From: a bacterium | GTDB taxonomy: Bacteria; Patescibacteriota; Patescibacteriia; Veblenbacterales; UBA10138 | Direction of reading: 5' to 3' | Length of the DNA stretch: 64,000 bases | Assembly: GCA_020057885.1 (NCBI GenBank) | Contig: JAGVEX010000019.1 | Location: 8,165-72,164 of the forward strand | Part shown: positions 60,701-64,000 of the stretch, in pieces | Numbering within the stretch: the stretch's first letter is position 1 | How the letters are laid out: every line of letters starts with the position of its first letter | Program-made: the position numbers and the translations under genes | Notes under the pieces: model-generated | What the model was told of the DNA's origin: nothing | Database searches by the model: none | What the model saw: the letters and a program-made list of their open reading frames with translations, nothing else

Positions 60701-61198
60701 TTATGACGCTTCTACATTTCCAGCGTTTGGGTTTGGATTATTTGGATCTGGACAATCGCCATCGAGATTAACTTGCGCATTGCAATAGGTTCCATCTATT
60801 CTTTTGCACATTGGGGTAGCTGTTCCTACACCCTCTACTTGTCCACCGGTAATCGCGCAATAAATTTCCGCATCATTATCGTAACCGGTTATTTTTAAAC
60901 CACCCTCTGGACACTGGCCACGGAAAAACGTCCATTCTTCACACTGTCGATTATCTTCAAACAAGCAGACTCCATATTCCCCTATTTTGTTTTTTCTAAT
61001 TTCAAGCCTTCCACCTTTGTTTATACAATTCTGCGATGCTGGATTAGCCACCATAACTTTTGAACCAGTATTGTCTAAACTTATAAGACTTATTTGCTTT
61101 TGTAAAAAAGTGGCACAACCGGCAGCTATTAATAAAACAAAGACTATTGCTATAACTGTGATAAATGATGAGGTAAAAAGATATTTTCTTAATTCCAT
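60701..61198 (-). CDS. DUF333 domain secreted protein/lipoprotein
   Basis: VANPASQNCINKGG..GVC.F....CEEWTFFRGQC. Confidence 0.88.
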   Translation of the reverse strand: MELRKYLFTSSFITVIAIVFVLLIAAGCATFLQKQISLISLDNTGSKVMVANPASQNCINKGGRLEIRKNKIGEYGVCLFEDNRQCEEWTFFRGQCPEGGLKITGYDNDAEIYCAITGGQVEGVGTATPMCKRIDGTYCNAQVNLDGDCPDPNNPNPNAGNVEAS

Positions 61199-61301
61199 AT
61201 ATTTTTTATTTAATAATTATCTAAATTAATTATACCCCTTACTATAATCAAAAACCACCCTCATCAAGATACTCTATTTCTAACTCTACATTGGGGTATA
61301 C

Positions 61302-61329
61302 AAAAAACACCCAATAAAATTAGGTGTTT
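61302..61329 (-). repeat. 28-bp terminator-like repeat, copy 2
   Basis: Identical to 59476-59503. Confidence 0.85.
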
Positions 61330-61438
61330 TAAATATCCCTGGGGATGGGGCTCCTACTCGCTCCGCGTCGTAGACGACATTAGAGCCTATTGGTTGTATG
61401 TAGCGCGGGATAGTACTTTGAAATCACTTTTATATCTC

Positions 61439-61777
61439 CTAAGCCGCCAGGAGTACCCCGCTTGCATACAACACGAAATCAATAGGATCAAAAACACGTG
61501 CAAGAGCATAAATACCGAAATACTGTAGTATCTCGGATGTTGATACAAGCAAAAATACAGCGAGTGCTTTATTGTGCCACAGCCGTAAAAACGAGAAACT
61601 GTCTTCAATCAGGATAAGAAGAAAATAATAACCAAACGGCACGGCAATATCGGCAAAGTAGCTATAAAAGAACCGATGAGCACTCTCTCTTGCCCAGTCT
61701 GCGCCTATGAAAAAAAATAGAGCGATAAAGAGCTCTATCCCAATAACGATAGTTATCTTTTTTTGTCGTTTTTCCAT
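61439..61777 (-). CDS. DUF2809-like membrane protein
   Basis: YFADI, SEILQYFG, VFDPIDFVLYASG. Confidence 0.65.
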   Translation of the reverse strand: MEKRQKKITIVIGIELFIALFFFIGADWARESAHRFFYSYFADIAVPFGYYFLLILIEDSFSFLRLWHNKALAVFLLVSTSEILQYFGIYALARVFDPIDFVLYASGVLLAA

Positions 61778-61834
61778 AATTAAATTTTACCAAAAAAATC
61801 TAGAATTTTATAATACTCACACAATGCACTCTTT

Positions 61835-62578
61835 TTAATAAATAACCAACGCCCTATTATCAAGTACCGTCCAATTAGTCAAGAATTTTTCAGCGCTAAA
61901 TCTTATTTCACCATAGACTGGATCTAAAAGAATTATTAATTTTGGATTATCTGAAATACCAGTATAGCCAATTAGAGTTCGCGCGTGTTCATCCATTTTA
62001 GCATTAATAACTTTTCCCTCAGAAGTTTTCCAAGAAATACCTTCTCCTCTACCACTTACTCCCCAAACCACAACTGGATTACCATTTATTAATTCATGGA
62101 TTAAATCATTAATCGTAGCATTATTAATAATTTTGGCATCTCTATATTTTAAAGCAAGATCATAAAGTGGTTGTTCATAAACGCCATAACCAGTATTCGG
62201 CATTATGCCATTGATATTGCCGACAAAACCAAGATTTGGATCGCCCCAAATATTATCTTGATTACGATGGCCGGAATCAGAAATTGGCAACTGTTGAATT
62301 AATTGGTTTTCAGTAACATCTACTCCTCTATATTTTAATGCCATTAATAAAGAAGCTATTTCGCAAGAAAGTGTATGTTCTTGTCTATGAAAAGGAACAG
62401 CCAATCTAATGGCTGGTTTGATTGGTAAAATGCCAGTAATTTGAAAATAAATTCTTTTAACAAGATTTTCCTTACCCTTTACATCTGGCAATGTCAACTC
62501 AAAAACAATCCAACCAATAAAAAGAATGGCTACAAAAGAAATACAAAAGAAAATAATTTTTTTCTTTCTTATAATCAC
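61835..62578 (-). CDS. C39-like cysteine peptidase
   Basis: TM; VPFHRQ..SCEIASLLMAL, GDPNLGFVG, EHARTLIGY, LLDP. Confidence 0.9.
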   Translation of the reverse strand: MIIRKKKIIFFCISFVAILFIGWIVFELTLPDVKGKENLVKRIYFQITGILPIKPAIRLAVPFHRQEHTLSCEIASLLMALKYRGVDVTENQLIQQLPISDSGHRNQDNIWGDPNLGFVGNINGIMPNTGYGVYEQPLYDLALKYRDAKIINNATINDLIHELINGNPVVVWGVSGRGEGISWKTSEGKVINAKMDEHARTLIGYTGISDNPKLIILLDPVYGEIRFSAEKFLTNWTVLDNRALVIY

Positions 62579-62773
62579 ATTAATATTATAACATGATTTT
62601 TATAAAAATAATACTAAAAAGAACCTCACAATATGGCTCTCTTTATACTGACCAGACATCACATTGACGAACTTTTGAAATTAAATCAGATAATTTTCAA
62701 AAATAGTAAAATAAAAAATCCCCAAATTACTGGGGATTACTTAAAACCTTCTGCGGTTATAAAAAAGACTGAT

Positions 62774-62838
<65 letters not shown>

Positions 62839-62848
<10 letters not shown>

Positions 62849-63099
62849 ATATACGGAATCAATTTATATTTTTTAATAAACCTTCTGCCAGCAGCACTCT
62901 TTAAATATTTCTCCCTTTTACGAGCCTCCATTAGATTATTATATTCCTCTTGATAGATAATAATCCAAGGACGATATCTCTTAGTATAAACTGATTTTCC
63001 ACTATAATTATGCTCATACAATCTCCGCTTTATGTCAACCGTACTACCCACATATGTCTTATGATATTTGGTACTAATAATAATATAAACGTGCGGCAT
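62839..63099 (-). CDS. Stand-alone GIY-YIG nuclease; stop codon lies inside tRNA-Asn
   Basis: HVYII..TYVGST....RRLYEHN..YTKRYRPW..EARKREKYLKS. Confidence 0.92.
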
Positions 63100-63110
63100 A
63101 ATATTATGTA

Positions 63111-63168
63111 ACTGAGCTACCTGCCTCGCGTCGACGAACTCCGCGAGTCGAGGCGGGCCCCGGAATAT
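63111..63168 (-). repeat. Displaced copy of the tRNA-Asn 5' junction interrupted by a 38-bp palindrome
   Basis: ACTGAGCTA[CCTGCCTCG...CGAGGCGGG]CCCCGGAATAT equals 62833-62852 once 63120-63157 is removed. Confidence 0.85.
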
Positions 63169-63246
63169 TAATGTACTTTTTACAAAAGGCGCTTCACCTT
63201 GAAACGCCTTAGTATACTAAACTATCTTTTCCTTTATGACAAGCCC

Positions 63247-64000
63247 CTAAGCTTTGTCCAAAAAGTCAGCCCAGCGTTGAGCCTTACGCTCCTTCCACGC
63301 GCCGCTATGGTACGCGTGTGCGGCTATTAAAGGAAGTACCAAAGTGGCCTCGGCATAAACCATTTGTTCATAATTAGTCTCTACCTTACCCCAAGAGCTG
63401 GCCTCCTTAAGAGTGGAACTGGAACAGGCTCCATCGCGCACGTCAGCCACTGTAATTTGCACAGCGTATTTGTGCATAGGAACGTCTTTGCCCAAAACTT
63501 CAGCCGCTACCACTGTATCCTGAATAAAATTCTTAGGCACACCTCCACCCACCATCAAAAGTCCTGAGGTAGGCGCGGACATTTTGATTTTGGTTAATTC
63601 CAAAAAATCTTTTACCGAATCAATGGATAAATGTTTCTCAGGATTATGGTATTGGTGATACACCAAACCAAAACCAGCACTAGAATCAGAAAAAGCTGGA
63701 CAAAAAATAGGCATGCCTTCTTCGTAAGCCACCTGCACTAACGACTCTTGTTTTTTAGCGCCGCCCTCTTTTAAAAACTTACCCATCTCGCGAATAAACT
63801 CACGTGAGGAATATGGCCGCGGCTCCAATTTGTCGGCCAATTTAGCAATTATTGTATCACACTCTTTTAGTTGATCTTCATCAATAAAAGTATCATAAAT
63901 TCTGTCCACATGCAGATCGCGAAGTTGGTTATCATCCACAAACGGGGTACCGCGATAGTGTTTAAAACCCAAAGCTTCAAAAAAATCCATATCCACAATC
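63247..64000 (-). CDS. Deoxyhypusine synthase-like protein (5' end beyond the window)
   Basis: DRIYDTFI, PIFCPAFSDSSAG, GGGVPKNF, YAVQIT..DGACSSSTLKEASSWGKV. Confidence 0.92.
   Translation of the reverse strand, partial: IVDMDFFEALGFKHYRGTPFVDDNQLRDLHVDRIYDTFIDEDQLKECDTIIAKLADKLEPRPYSSREFIREMGKFLKEGGAKKQESLVQVAYEEGMPIFCPAFSDSSAGFGLVYHQYHNPEKHLSIDSVKDFLELTKIKMSAPTSGLLMVGGGVPKNFIQDTVVAAEVLGKDVPMHKYAVQITVADVRDGACSSSTLKEASSWGKVETNYEQMVYAEATLVLPLIAAHAYHSGAWKERKAQRWADFLDKA

Noticed and set aside
59476-61329. 28-bp repeats as CRISPR repeats or integron attC sites
   Set aside because: Only two copies 1.8 kb apart, no cas genes, and no RYYYAAC/GTTRRRY attC ends; they fit a terminator.

Overview
AT-rich bacterial chromosomal segment read in genetic code 11. 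The gene content points to a Patescibacteria/CPR (Parcubacteria/ABY1-like) genome: pilin-fused giant surface protein, GRILLQVE repeat protein, truncated RelA/SpoT, class II RNR. This taxonomic call is inference. Left end (1-6.9 kb): a vitamin B12 module with a cobalamin riboswitch, a secreted prenyltransferase-barrel protein, a DUF6580 S-component-like transporter, a DUF4430 protein, PduO adenosyltransferase, B12-dependent NrdJ and NrdR with NrdR boxes and a DnaA box. Middle: ftsZ/ftsA, dgkA, ybeY, two very large surface proteins (3650 and 1840 aa), rpsU, hisS, lepB, LCP, der, pth, mfd, dprA, topA, RSH, parAB. There are five tRNAs (Val, Leu, fMet, Met, Asn). Right end: accessory genes. The most unusual signals are non-coding. 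(i) An integrase-free array of co-oriented small genes lies downstream of tRNA-Asn, separated by degenerate tRNA-3'-end/att-like junctions, with a one-gene equivalent at tRNA-Met. (ii) 20-bp duplications of tRNA 5' ends bracket a GIY-YIG gene (Asn) and a structured ORF-less insert (Leu). (iii) A candidate ~195-nt ncRNA with an anti-Shine-Dalgarno-like loop sits between pth and mfd. (iv) A family of CCTGCC...GGCRGG palindromes and a miniature IS200/IS605-like element are present. No CRISPR, rRNA, reverse transcriptase or intact integrase/transposase was seen. All family calls come from reading motifs; no database searches were run.
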